From the human T2T-CHM13v2.0 reference genome, Homo sapiens: 64,000 bases of DNA. The DNA lies in assembly GCF_009914755.1 (NCBI RefSeq), contig NC_060938.1. One strand, 5' to 3'. Every line of letters starts with the position of its first letter. The stretch's first letter is position 1. Below are positions 1 through 22,174 of the stretch, piece by piece. A program made the translations under genes and the position numbers. A model generated the notes under the pieces. It saw only the letters and a list, made by a program, of their open reading frames with translations. It was not told the DNA's origin and searched no databases.

Positions 1-143
1 CCATCTCACCACCAAGTCTGGTACATTATGGCTTTATAGTCAGTACCATAGCTGCTTCCTAAATCTTAAGCCTTTAAGGAAATGCAAAGTAGTTCCTGTC
101 CACAAGAAATCTGGTGACCCTGTCTTTCTACAGTCTAAGATAG

Positions 144-269
<126 letters not shown>

Positions 270-666
270 TAGGTGGGAGGTGGGGATGGCTAATGGGTAC
301 AAAAAAAATAGAATGAATAAGACCTATTTGATAGTACAACAGGGTGACTATGGTCAATAATAATTGTACATTTTAAAATAACTCAGAGTGTAATTGGATT
401 ATTTGTAACTCAAAGGATAAATGCCTGAGGGGATGGATACCCCATAAGTCAAAGGATAAATGCTTGAGGGGATAGATACCCCATGCTCCATGATGTGCTT
501 AATTTACATTGCATGCCTATATCAAAACATCTCATGTACTCCATAATAAATATACATATTTATATATATAAATATATACACCTAATAATATATAAATATA
601 TATAAATATATACCCAAATAAATATATACACCTACTATACACTCACAAAAATTGTTGAAAAAAAAG
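270..666 (+). mobile_element. L1MA 3' end fragment with TA-rich expansion
   Basis: AATGGGTACAAAAA...GAATGAATAAGACC...CAAAGGATAAATGC...GGATACCCCAT, typical L1MA 3' UTR, ending in an A-tail. Confidence 0.75.
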
Positions 667-699
667 CTTAAAGTGTTTTAAAAAATTCTTATCTTGCAA

Positions 700-1332
<633 letters not shown>

Positions 1333-1399
1333 ACAGTCTTTATTGATTACATTTTGAGTGATACTTGATTAAAAAGTGAAAAAGCTTTATCATAGGTAT

Positions 1400-2452
<1,053 letters not shown>

Positions 2453-3368
2453 GTATTCTAATAAGGACTTGAGATTTCTAATAATTGGCAGAGGATATTT
2501 TAAGTTTTATCTTCATTGAGTACCATTTTCTTTTTTAGATTTATAACTAATAAAACAATATTTTTATATTAATTACATTTCCTTTGCTTTCTTGTGAGGG
2601 TTTAGAAATCAGCCTATAAATTTATCCTGGGCTGTATTTTTCTGTGGGCTTTTTTAGGGTGTGATGTGAGTACATAGAGTTCACACACACTTCACTGAAA
2701 CCCTTTTTTCCTTGCAGCACTGTAAGGGCTGTGGTAAAATAACAACATAAAGGAACTTAAATTCTTAATTCTTGGTTTAATGTTACTTGACTCCCAAAGA
2801 CTAACAGATTAGTTATATATAGTGCCGGTGAAGGTGTAGGGAATCTGGCACTCAAGTTGTTGAGAAGTTCAACTGGTACCTTCAGTTCTGTTGTGTAGTT
2901 GGCAAAATACCAAAGTTAAGAATTTATATTTGCTTTGATCTAGCGGTTACTTTTCTAAGAATTTATCCTACAGAAATGTGTGGTCAAGAATATTCCAAAG
3001 CAGCATTATTTAATGTCAAGTAAGAAGAAGAAACTTAAATGTTCATCACTGGGATTGATTAGATATTAAGTCACTGATGCAATGGAATTTTATATAGTTG
3101 AATAGAAAAGTTGGGCACATGTATTATGGACATGAAATATTTTCTGTAAGTTTGAAAACTTCAATTTTTTCAAGAGCATTTAAATAAAAAGTTCCTTGCA
3201 AAAAAATGAATAGATTTTTATTGGTCCATAAATAAAATAGGACCTGCAAAGAATAGATCTTAGATTTAAATAAAAGGCGGCTTTGATGTTGGTAAAACAA
3301 AATAAAATATGACAAAAAAAATATTTTTTTGTTCCATTCATTGTACTCTAGTTGGAAATTCTGGTTCC

Positions 3369-3946
<578 letters not shown>

Positions 3947-4648
3947 TAAACAAATTTCTTAATGCCTTTGACTGTGGAAGTGGTCACATGACAATAAAGG
4001 AATGCTTTAGAAATTGTTGTATCTACAATGAATGGATCATTGGGACATCACCAGAAACTTTCCGTCTTCTAGGTTAATCCTTATAAAGTTATCCTTGAAG
4101 TAGAGGAGCAATTGTAAGATTTTGTTTTTTTTGGCAAAGCACAGCATGACTTGAATGAGACTAATGAGGACCAGTTTGTCATCTACAGGGACTAGACATC
4201 TTAATATCTGTTTTCTGTTGAAGGGCTGGAGGGGCAGGGTACATCCAAGCACTCTAGAATCTGTTTTCCGTATGCGATGTATAGGTTGAAACTTTTGCAC
4301 AAGGGAAAATAGCAAAATTGTTTAAATTAACCAGAAGTCTGTAACTAGGTTGAGTAAGGGCTAAATATTATCTTTTCTTGTTTTTCATTAGGAACACGTG
4401 ATGATAGTCGTGGTGGTGGTGAGGGTGACTGGATTCAGAAATGAGTGCAACAAGGCTTTGAGGCTTAATTTTCTAGTTTCTAGAAACGAAGCTTAGAACA
4501 AGAGTACTGATCAAAATTTCCCTTAGCTATTACTGTTAGTATGGTTTGCATCTAGAATGACACAGAAAGCTCATGACCCGTATCTTCTCTAATGGCAGCA
4601 AGGAAAACAGGAAGCTTAACAACACAGGGATTTAGCCTTGGGTAATCA

Positions 4649-4981
<333 letters not shown>

Positions 4982-5111
4982 CTAAAAATAAAATAAAATT
5001 AAATTAAAAAGTCCGATTTTTGGCAGATGAAAAAGTTGGTAGTTTGATTTGGAACTCATGGAAACTTTCTGAAGTTCATGATTAATCTTTTCCTATATTT
5101 TGAATTTTTAG

Positions 5112-5219
5112 GACAAGGAGACTGGCTTTCACAGAGGTTTGGGTTGGGTTCAGTTTTCTTCAGAAGAAGGACTTCGGAATGCACTACAACAGGAAAATCA
5201 TATTATAGATGGAGTAAAG
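5112..5219 (+). CDS. SLIRP: SLIRP exon 3
   Basis: ttttag|GACAAG...GTAAAG|gtaaat; [36 protein letters not shown], containing RNP1-like RGLGWVQF; 108 nt, phase 0/0. Confidence 0.96.
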
Positions 5220-5375
5220 GTAAATTTATTTCTATGCCAGATACATACATGATATACATGTAGGTACTATTTAATTATGTATCAATTAAATAGATCATAA
5301 ATGTGGAATGATGGGGACTTGGAGAGATTTGTAACTGAAGCTGCCTTAATGCTTGTTAAGAATGGTGGGGTGGAG

Positions 5376-6498
<1,123 letters not shown>

Positions 6499-6779
6499 TA
6501 GTTTTAATGAGACAGGGCCTTGCTATGTTGCAGGGTGGTGTTGAACTCCTGGCCTCAAGCAATCCTCTTGCCTCAGCTTGCCAAAATGCTGGCATTACAG
6601 GCCTGAGCCACTGCCCCTGGTCTGATTTACAATTTTTAATTGAGGGTTAGGGAGTCATAATACCAACAAAGATGGTAAAAGGAATTTGAGGAGAAAATGA
6701 AAGAACAAGGGACAAATAAAAACTGCCTGGGTTATTCATTATTCATACTGACTCCCTAATAAAGTGATTTTCAGTTTGA

Positions 6780-6896
<117 letters not shown>

Positions 6897-6910
6897 GACT
6901 GCAGCCTATT

Positions 6911-6916
6911 AATAAA
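6911..6916 (+). terminator. SLIRP: SLIRP polyadenylation signal AATAAA
   Basis: AATAAA 14 nt after the stop codon, followed by T/GT-rich sequence (ttttgtc, tgttttt). Confidence 0.85.
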
Positions 6917-6934
6917 GTTAACATAACTGAGAAT

Positions 6935-7422
6935 TTTGTCTAAATGTTTTTATTTGAAACAAATAGTTGCACCAAGCAAGAGGTTACTTTGCCCACTCCA
7001 AATTAAAACAGAGCACAATAGGGGCAAAATTTATTTGGCAGGACAGTTCCAGTATGTGAACATCTTCCTCCTCACTGTGGTTGGGGTAACTTTACTCATA
7101 TGCAGCTGTTCTTACACAAAACATTAACCCCAAACTACTAGTGTCACATAAAAGTAAGTGGTCTTGACTTTGTATGTGGGGCAGCATGTTCTATAAATGC
7201 TGAAAGGTGGGAGAAGCACAAACACAACCCACTCTTTAAAAAAAACTAAATAATTCAAAGTAGAATTTTCTATCCCCCCCATTTCTCCAGTAATAAAAAG
7301 TAGTGCTGGGATCTGGCACCCAGATTTGGTTTTTATCCTGACCATTTACAAAGTGTTCCCCCATATGACTTGCATCATTAGGGTTATGGGTAAGAGTTCA
7401 TTCACTTTGGAGAGACCTGTGC
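6935..7422 (-). other. SNW1: SNW1 3' UTR (approximate end)
   Basis: Repeat-free sequence between the TAG stop (7423-7425) and the poly(A) signal. Confidence 0.75.
6949..6954 (-). terminator. SNW1: SNW1 distal polyadenylation signal AATAAA
   Basis: TTTATT on + at 6949-6954; a second candidate TTTATT lies at 7030-7035. Confidence 0.75.
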
Positions 7423-7621
7423 CTATTCCTTCCTCCTCTTCTTGCCTTCATGCTCGTGTTCCTTGGGGCGGCTGCTATCTGAGGGTCTTTTAGAGCCACC
7501 ATGCTGTTTGGCTTCTTCCAAAAACTTGTCCAAACCAAAAGGATCTTCCTCAAACTGAACTGGTCCTTCTCGGCCTCTCTGTCTACGGTCTGAACCAGAA
7601 AACTCCTTGTCGGGAACAAAT
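7423..7621 (-). CDS. SNW1: SNW1 exon 14 (last coding exon)
   Basis: tttccttag|A TTT GTT CCC GAC...; FVPDKEFSGSDRRQRGREGPVQFEEDPFGLDKFLEEAKQHGGSKRPSDSSRPKEHEHEGKKRRKE*. Confidence 0.96.
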
Positions 7622-7701
7622 CTAAGGAAAAGGAGAAAAAACTATGAACTACTTTGCTTTCACCAGTGTAAACACTGAAATTGAGTTGTATGGCTTGGCA
7701 C

Positions 7702-7865
7702 CTGTTGGTCTTTATTCTGGCTTCTAGGTCATCACCATACATGTCCTTGTCCAGATTTTTACTGGGCCTATAAATACTCTGGGCCATATCTTTACCACCT
7801 CTCCAGGCTTGATCATAAACATTATAAATTTCATCTTCTCCACCTGCAAATCCACTGTCCATACC
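7702..7865 (-). CDS. SNW1: SNW1 exon 13
   Basis: ccacag|GGTATGGAC...AACAG|gtgcca; GMDSGFAGGEDEIYNVYDQAWRGG...RIKTN; 164 nt. Confidence 0.96.
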
Positions 7866-8047
7866 CTGTGGAAAAATGGATGACATTAAATAAAAGTGTA
7901 AACATTGTTTATCAAAAGCTGAATCATAACATGTTTACAGTAAACCCTTGCTAATGTACAGCTCACATTTTCAACAATCTGAACTGCAAATTAAAAAGTC
8001 TTCATTAAAAAACTGGTAGCACATGAACTTCATAACAACTTTGGATT

Positions 8048-9010
<963 letters not shown>

Positions 9011-10055
9011 TCAAGACACCCAGTTTGAATCTTAATTCCATCAGTCACAAGCTAAACCTGTGTTTCAATTTCCTCATCTATAACATAAGAGATAATAGTA
9101 TTATTTCATAGGATTTTTGTAAGAATTGAGATAATAACAAGACTTAGAACAATGCCAAGAATATAAAATGCATCTAATAAATTATCACTTAGAAGAGCTT
9201 ACTTAAAACCTCCAAGTCATAATTAAGTTTCCCACTCTACTTTCCAGTAGAACTTACACTTCTGTATTCTTGTGTGTGCGCACGCGCCCGCGTGTGTTTT
9301 CCCAGGCTTAAAGTGTCCTAGTTAGCTAATGGCAATTGGTACTAGAAATCAGATTTCCTGACAGCCAGCCTAGTACTTTAATCCCGTTTTACAGCTTCAT
9401 TTTTAAAAGAATCCCAAATTGATATATTTCTATAGCATTAAAAGAAAAATCCAAAAATCAACAACAAAAAAACCCAAAAGGCACTTTTGTAGGACACTGA
9501 CTCTTTTATTTTTTTGAGATAGAGTCTCAGTCACCCAGGCTAGAGTGCAGTGGCACAATCTTGGCTCACCATAAGCTGAAGCAATTCTCGTGCCTCAGCC
9601 TCCCAAGTAGTGGGGATTACAGGCGTGCACCACCACACCTGGCTAGTTTTCGTATTTTTAGTAGAGATGGGGTTTCACCATGTTGGCCAGGCTGGTTGTG
9701 AACTCCTGACCTCAGGTGATCTGCCCGCTTCGGCCTCCAAATGTGTTGGGATTACAGGCAAAAGCCACCATGCCTGGCCTCCCTGGTTCTATTTTAGAAA
9801 CAAAAGGTTGACATACCACAACACCAAGTTTTTAATCACCTAATTTCTTTCTTCTCCTAGTGTCTCAAATCTCAGCCCACTATAAGAAGTTAAAATCAGA
9901 ACTGTTTCATCTTGTCTCAAGTTTCAACATACAACTTCCAATTTTTTTGTCATCATGCTGGCATTTACATCCAAATGTAAAGTATGTTAATTTTCGTTTC
10001 CCTGAGGATAGGTATTCACATCAACACACACAACATGCTGTTCCTAAACTTGTAC

Positions 10056-10173
10056 CTTGGATTGGTTGAAGAGCCTTTGGTCATACTGAACTTCATTGGA
10101 AGTCCGAGGATTAGGAACACCGAGAGCAATAACTTCACTGATATCCCGATTTTCATTTCTCTGAAGTTTCGAC
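10056..10173 (-). CDS. SNW1: SNW1 exon 12
   Basis: aaatag|GTCGAAA...TCCAAG|gtacaa; SKLQRNENRDISEVIALGVPNPRTSNEVQYDQRLFNQSK; 118 nt. Confidence 0.96.
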
Positions 10174-12043
10174 CTATTTTGAAATACGACATCACTAACT
10201 GAAAACTCTTTATAGACAAGCTGAATATGTTCAATAGAAATACAACCAATCTCAGAAACAAAGGATGTGAATATGTCACATTCACATCTTGTGAACATAT
10301 ATTCCTTGATGATACATCATCAAGCTGGCAGCCCTTATAAAGCATTTCAGATTAGAGGGAGAGTTTTACAATTAGGACGTCCTGTTAGCTCAAAAGAACA
10401 TCTAACAGATTCGTTGACATGGAATTCTTTAATATAAGCAATCACCTTACAAACATGCTGAGATATAAAATTGCTATGGTCTATATTTACTATCATTATA
10501 TGATGGTTTGGGGGTTGGGGAAGTGGATACAATTTAGATGTAGCACACGAAACATTTTAAATAAGCTAGAAACAGCTCTTTTATCTAACCACATTTAGTA
10601 ATTTTATCCCACTAGAATTTTGAGGAAAACATGTCAATGACTGAATTAGTATGATTTTTGACATTCAGATTAATTTGGTTTCCTGGCTGTTGCATTATAT
10701 ATGCAACCTACATCCCAATGAAACCATGGTAACTGTCATTACTTGTTTTACTAAAAACTCAGGTCACAAAATGATTTCTATAGGCTGTTTGATTTTCATC
10801 CAGTTACAATTTCACAGCTTTTCTATGTTGTCAATTCTGATAGCCACTTTACTCGTTTTGAGGGCCCAATTTATCCACAGAGCCATTGTAACTTTTACAA
10901 CTTAGGAATTACTAACCAAGACTGTCATTAATTAAACACTTTCACACTTTGCTCCTCCTTCTACATGTACTTTACCCTCAACTCTCAAGAGTAAGAGTCT
11001 TTGCTTCTCCATGACATCATTTATCCAGGGAGATGAAATATGCCAATTAATACCAGCAGGAATCTTTTTCATGCTTATTTATTTTTATTTTTTTATTTTT
11101 TATTTTTTATGACACGGAGTCTCACTCTGTCGCCCAGGCTGGAATGCAGTGGCACGATCTTGGCTCCCTGAAACCTCCGCCTCCAGGGTTCAAGTGATTC
11201 TCCCACTTCGGCCTCTCGAGTAGCTGGGACTACCGGCATGTGCCACCACACCCAGCTAATTTTTGTATTTTTAGTAGAGATGGGGTTTCACCATGTTGGC
11301 CAGGCTGGTCTTGAACTCCTGACCTCAAGTGATTCGCGTGCTTTGGCCTGCCAAAGTGCTGGGATTACAGGTGTCAGCCACTGTGCCCGGCCTCTTTTTT
11401 GTGTTTAAAATATGACTTGAAAAATGTATTAGGCTCATGGGATGATCAGAGCACAGAAAACTGTTCATTTGGGAAGAAAATATTCTATATTTGCATTTAA
11501 CCCTCACTCAGAATTCCACCTTAGTATTGCAGCGTTCCCTCTACTTTTCAGAACTTTTAGTCCTCAGCCTTTGGTGAGCCATAAACTTCCCCAATTCCTA
11601 CTTTACTCTATGCCCTCATATATATATTTAGTTTGTTCTATACGTTTATACTTACTAAGAGTGCTTTGCAAATTTTCTCAAATTATTTTATGGATAGCTC
11701 TGTCTTTCTGAACTGTAAGTTAAACTACTCCTAAAAATGAGCTGATTTTCTACTTCTTTCAAAACTGCTCTTCTCCTCAATTGTACTAGATGCAGTACTA
11801 TGCATATAAAATGATCTCAATAAAAGCATGAAAGCTTATTTCCTGTCTAAAGAGGCACATAATCCATTTATCTCACCATTTGAGGTAGAAAAAGAACGGA
11901 CTATAACAGTCCAAATTTACTACTACATCCTTTTCAAATATCTGATCTCGATTCCGTTTTCTATATTCCCATCATTCTCAATTCTGACTTAAGTGATGGA
12001 AGATTAATTCCAAAGACAGTCAACTAGAGCTAAGACAAAGTAG

Positions 12044-12491
<448 letters not shown>

Positions 12492-12525
12492 ACCATGATT
12501 GGTACACATCTTAAATAACACCTAC

Positions 12526-12622
12526 CTCTTATCAGGAGCTGCCCTGGAAAGATTCCGGTCATGCTGTCTCTCTTTTCGCCTGTCATGCCGGATTTCATCC
12601 CTCTCACGTGCCTCCCCATCCT
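12526..12622 (-). CDS. SNW1: SNW1 exon 11
   Basis: cacacag|AGGATGGG...AAGAG|gtaggt; EDGEARERDEIRHDRRKERQHDRNLSRAAPDK; 97 nt. Confidence 0.95.
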
Positions 12623-12978
12623 CTGTGTGAACAGTTGAAAAGTACTTCACTGTAATATGTATTATATGTGTGCATACGTGTACACGTGTGTATATATATA
12701 ATTTTTTAAAAAGAGACAGCATCTCACTCTGTCACCCAGGCTGGAGTGTAGTAGCATGAACATGGTTCACTGCAGCCACTACCTCCTGGATTCAAGTGAT
12801 CCTCCTGCCTCATCCTCCCGAGTACCTGGGACCACAGATGTGTGCCACCATGCCTGGCTAATTTTTAAATTTTTTGTAAAGATGGGGTCCCACTTATGTT
12901 GTCGAGGCTGGTCTCAAACTCCAGGCTCTAGTGATCTTCCCACCTAGGCCTCCCAAAGGGCTGGAGTCACAGGTGTGA

Positions 12979-13299
<321 letters not shown>

Positions 13300-13530
13300 T
13301 AGTCACACTCAGCCTTTTAAACCTTACTTGCAATTAATTTAAGTCTAATAAATGATATTAGTTTAATTTTTGAATGTGAATTCTAGAATCAAGCATGCGG
13401 CTAAAATATTTAAGGGTAAAATGTATTGCTGTCTTCAACTTACTTAGAAATGCAATGCAGTAAATCGGACAGACAGATGGACAGAAAGATGGGCAAATAT
13501 GTGATAAAGCAAATTTATCAATGTTAATTG

Positions 13531-17382
<3,852 letters not shown>

Positions 17383-17456
17383 CAATGTTAATTGTTAAAA
17401 AAAAAAAAAAAAAATTAGTGTAGAATCTAGGTGGTAGGAGATACAGGTGTTCATCA

Positions 17457-17648
<192 letters not shown>

Positions 17649-17700
17649 TTAGCTGGGCATGGTGATGGGCACCTTTAATCCCAGCTACTTGGAAGGCTTA

Positions 17701-17796
<96 letters not shown>

Positions 17797-17984
17797 TCAA
17801 AAAAACCAAATAATAATAATAATAAAAAAGTCAGAAAAAAGGAATTATGCATAATGTTTCCCTTATATTTTCAAAGATTCTATTGAATAAAGAACTGTCA
17901 GCTTATTTCCCTTAGGGGCTGGCTGGATCTTGATTTCCACTGCATTTATATCTATCTTCATTTTTTTCTACCCTCGCCAGTCTG

Positions 17985-18240
17985 AGGGAATGGAGTACAG
18001 TTAAGAGCATAAGATTTGGAGCAAGCCTGTCTGGATTCAAATCCTGTTTCTATAGCCAATTAACCATGTGACCTGCGCAGATTACTTAATACTATAAGCC
18101 TTAGTTTCCTCCTCTGTAAAACAGTCACAATAATAGTATCACTACATAGGGTTATCCCAGGGATTATGAGATAATGCAAATAAAGTACTCAGAGTGGTGC
18201 CCACCATAAGAAGCACCTGATAAATGTTAGTTTTTACTAC
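17985..18240 (+). repeat. MIR
   Basis: GTTAAGAGCAT...GGATTCAAATCC...TGTGACCT...AGTTTCCTCCTCTGTAAAA core. Confidence 0.75.
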
Positions 18241-18459
18241 TATCTGGCAAGAGATTCATTAAAATTTTTAATTTCTTGAGAACGATTCTGTTGTCTTTTT
18301 CTTATTAGTTTAGAGAACTCAAATGCAGTAAGTTTTACTTCTAATTATCTTCTATGGTTAGGTATACAACCAGGCAGGTATTTATATCTCACCTTATTAA
18401 GTCATTCATATATAACTGAGGGAAGTGGATCACTACTTAAAACCCTGGTTATTTCCCTA

Positions 18460-19780
18460 TGGTTGAACTCTAGACTCTTGTAACCAATTACCTGGCACCT
18501 CCATCTTAAACTTAACATATCCTTAACTATAATAAATTCTTCATCTTTCCCTCCCAAACCTGTTCCTCCTGCAGTCTTCCCAATATTAGTAAATAAAAGT
18601 AATATTTACTTTTATCCTGAGCAATTGGCAATTTAATCCTTCCCAACTGCTTAGGATAAAAGTTCTGGAGTCATCCTTAACTCCTACTTTTTTTTGTATC
18701 TCCACCTAATCCACAAACAAATTTTGTCAACTCTACCACCAAAATACATCCAATATGGGACCATGTTTTTGTTACCTCTTGTTACCATCTCTCTTACAGT
18801 TTATTTGGAAGGCATTAGCCCATGCCCATTCCACAGTATTCTATTTTTAACACAGCAGCCAGGGAGGTCTTTTAAAAATATATGTTAGGGGAAATGGTCA
18901 TATGGTACAAAGTCTCATTTATGCAGGATGAGTAAGTTCTGGAGATCTAATATACTGTATGTTAACTATAGTTAACAGTACTGCATTGTATATTTGAAAT
19001 TTGCCAAGAGAGTAGATCTTAAGTGTTCTCACCAAAAAATTTAAAAAGTAACTATAAGAGATGACTGGTAAGTTAATTAGCTTGGCAGTAGTGAATATTT
19101 CACAGTGTATATTAAAACATCATGTTGTATGTTTTATACAATTTTTATTTGCCAATTGTACCTCAATAAAGCTGGAAAACAGTATGTCAGGTCATTACTC
19201 TGCTCAAAACCCTGCAATTGCTTCCCTTTTCACTTGTAGTAAAAGCTTTATCTTTAGGTTAAAGGGCCATACATGATCTGGCCACTACTCTTCCCACCTG
19301 CCCTAACTATTCTGACACCTCATCTCCTACTTATCCCCTTCTTTCTCATACAAATCCAGTCATATTGGCCTGTCTGCTCTTCCTTGGGCCACACTAGGCA
19401 TACTCCCATTTCAGAGCCATGTACTTGCTGGCCCTTCTGTGTGGGATGCTCTTCCCCCAGAAATCCACATGGTTTGCTTCCTTACTTTCTTCAAGTATTT
19501 CTGCTAACAGCACCATCTCAGAAGTGAGGGCTATTTGACCACTCTCACCTTCTGGCAATTTTATATCCTCTTTCCCTGTATTATTTTTCCTCCACAGCAA
19601 TTATTACCTTTTACTATACTACATGATTAATTTCTGTCTGTCTACACTCACCAGAATGTTGACTGTTATATCCCATCCCCCTACCCACTGTCTAGCAAAA
19701 ACACTTTGTGTCTAAAAGAGAACCTTGCACACAGCAGATGCTCAATATGAACTAAATAAATGAAAGAATGAATAAATGTA
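18460..19780 (+). mobile_element. L2 fragments with nested L1MA 3' end (about 18888-19178)
   Basis: L2-like text (CAGCAGCCAGGGAGGTCTTT...TGCTCAAAACCC; 3' end AATAAATGAAAGAATGAAT). L1MA-like GAGTAGATCTTAAGTGTTCTCACCA. Confidence 0.6.
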
Positions 19781-20334
19781 CCAGGTAAGAATTTAGTAAT
19801 GAAAAAAAAATAACCACCCTCACAAAATTTCTTGAATTATACTTAGGACTCGACTTCCCACTCTAATTGAATTAATACACCAATGTAGACCACTAAGTAA
19901 AGTCAGAGAGAAAATACTGGCAGATTTAATGATGAGAAATGCATTGGAGCCTACAAGATAGAAAAACTCTGGATTACTTCACCATATGAGGGAGCTGAAT
20001 TATTCTGTTAGATACCTAATTTCTCTTAAGTTTTGAGATTAAGATAAGAGAAAATCAAGCCTATCATTTGAGTAATAATGCAATTTTGAAAAGTACACTG
20101 CTCAGAAGTTTAAAAATTTCTGGTACAGTCCCAAACTGAAGACCCACTTTTTTCTTATCTCCTGTTGCTTCAGCTTACTAAGGCAGAGATTACTCTCCAT
20201 TTCTACACTATATCTGATGTATCTAAATTTTGTTTATATGTACCTACTTTATATGCAGTAGGAAAAAGATTTTCTAAAATAAGATATATTTTGTTCACCA
20301 AGCAAAATTCAATTCAGTAATGAGAATGTCATAC

Positions 20335-20476
20335 CTTTTTCCACATGAGTTTTGATCCCAGCTCTTCTCTCCCTGGCTTTCTGGGCCATTTCTCTAAGTT
20401 TCTCTTCATGTTTTTCCTTTTCTTTCTGAGCCATTTTTCTCTCTACTTGGGCACGCATTTCCACAGCTTCACGAGC
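20335..20476 (-). CDS. SNW1: SNW1 exon 10
   Basis: ccaacag|GCTCGTGAA...AAAAAG|gtatga; AREAVEMRAQVERKMAQKEKEKHEEKLREMAQKARERRAGIKTHVEK; 142 nt. Confidence 0.96.
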
Positions 20477-20999
20477 CTGTTGGTAAAGTCACATGTTAAA
20501 CAGGACACTATCATGGGATAAATATTTATGGCTATCATCCAACTCCCTAACATCTGGCTGGTAAGAGCAATTATACAGAATTCAGATTTGTTATTGCTAA
20601 TTAAAACAAAGAGTCTTGTCCACTAAAAGATATCCTGCCTGGAAGACACTGCAAGGTCAGCTTTTTTCTCTGGGAATATTTTAGTGATTGAAACTATCGT
20701 GACCCCAATTAATCTTGTAAGTCAAGTATTTCACTAATGCTTTCTCAGAAACAATCTAAAGAACAAAATTAAAGCCAGGCATAGTGGCTCTCTCCTGCAA
20801 TCCTAGCACTTTGGGAGGCCAGGGTGGAAGGACTGCTTGAGCTCAGGAGCTTGGGACCAGCCTAGGCAACATAGTGAGATCCATCTCAAAAAAATAACAT
20901 TTTCAAAATTAATAACACTTTCAAAGTTAATCAAGTCAACTCAAGATAAAATCTTAACTTACATCTGCTAGATAATTTTTATAAGGGTACTCACTGTGA

Positions 21000-21434
<435 letters not shown>

Positions 21435-21831
21435 TGAACGCCATTTTATGTAGTATTCAATTCATTAGAATGTTTATCTGCCTTTTCCTGCAACTGCCCT
21501 TTTGGGGGACATCTACATCTAAAATAGAGGAAAATTTGAAATCAAAAATTATGAAACCTAGCAATCTTCAAAAAATGGGATCATCCTAGGAAACCATTAT
21601 TCTGACATGTTGTGAGGGAGCCGGATCACCACTGTGGGGTGTATGTACACATCTACAAAAGCTGGGAGCATGCAGAGAGCTGCCAACTAGCAGCTGCCAT
21701 TTCTGACACACGTACCATGGGTGAGACTCTCTTTGGGTGCTCGGTACTATAGTTAAATTATCAGTACCTTAGGTAACCAAGAATGGATTTTAAAAGTAAC
21801 AAGAGCATTAAACAAATTATAACAAACCAAC

Positions 21832-21948
21832 CTTCCGATCAGCAATGTAGAGGGCTTCTGCCAATTTGGCGAAATTTTCATTTATGTGTACTGTCTGTAG
21901 TCCTCTTCCATCAGCAGCCAGACGTTTGTCTAATGGAATTGTATAACC
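21832..21948 (-). CDS. SNW1: SNW1 exon 9
   Basis: ctctag|GGTTAT...CGGAAG|gttggt; GYTIPLDKRLAADGRGLQTVHINENFAKLAEALYIADRK; 117 nt. Confidence 0.96.
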
Positions 21949-21997
21949 CTAGAGTGAAAGCAGACAGAAAACCCAGTCACAGAAGTGCTTCAATTAA

Positions 21998-22174
<177 letters not shown>

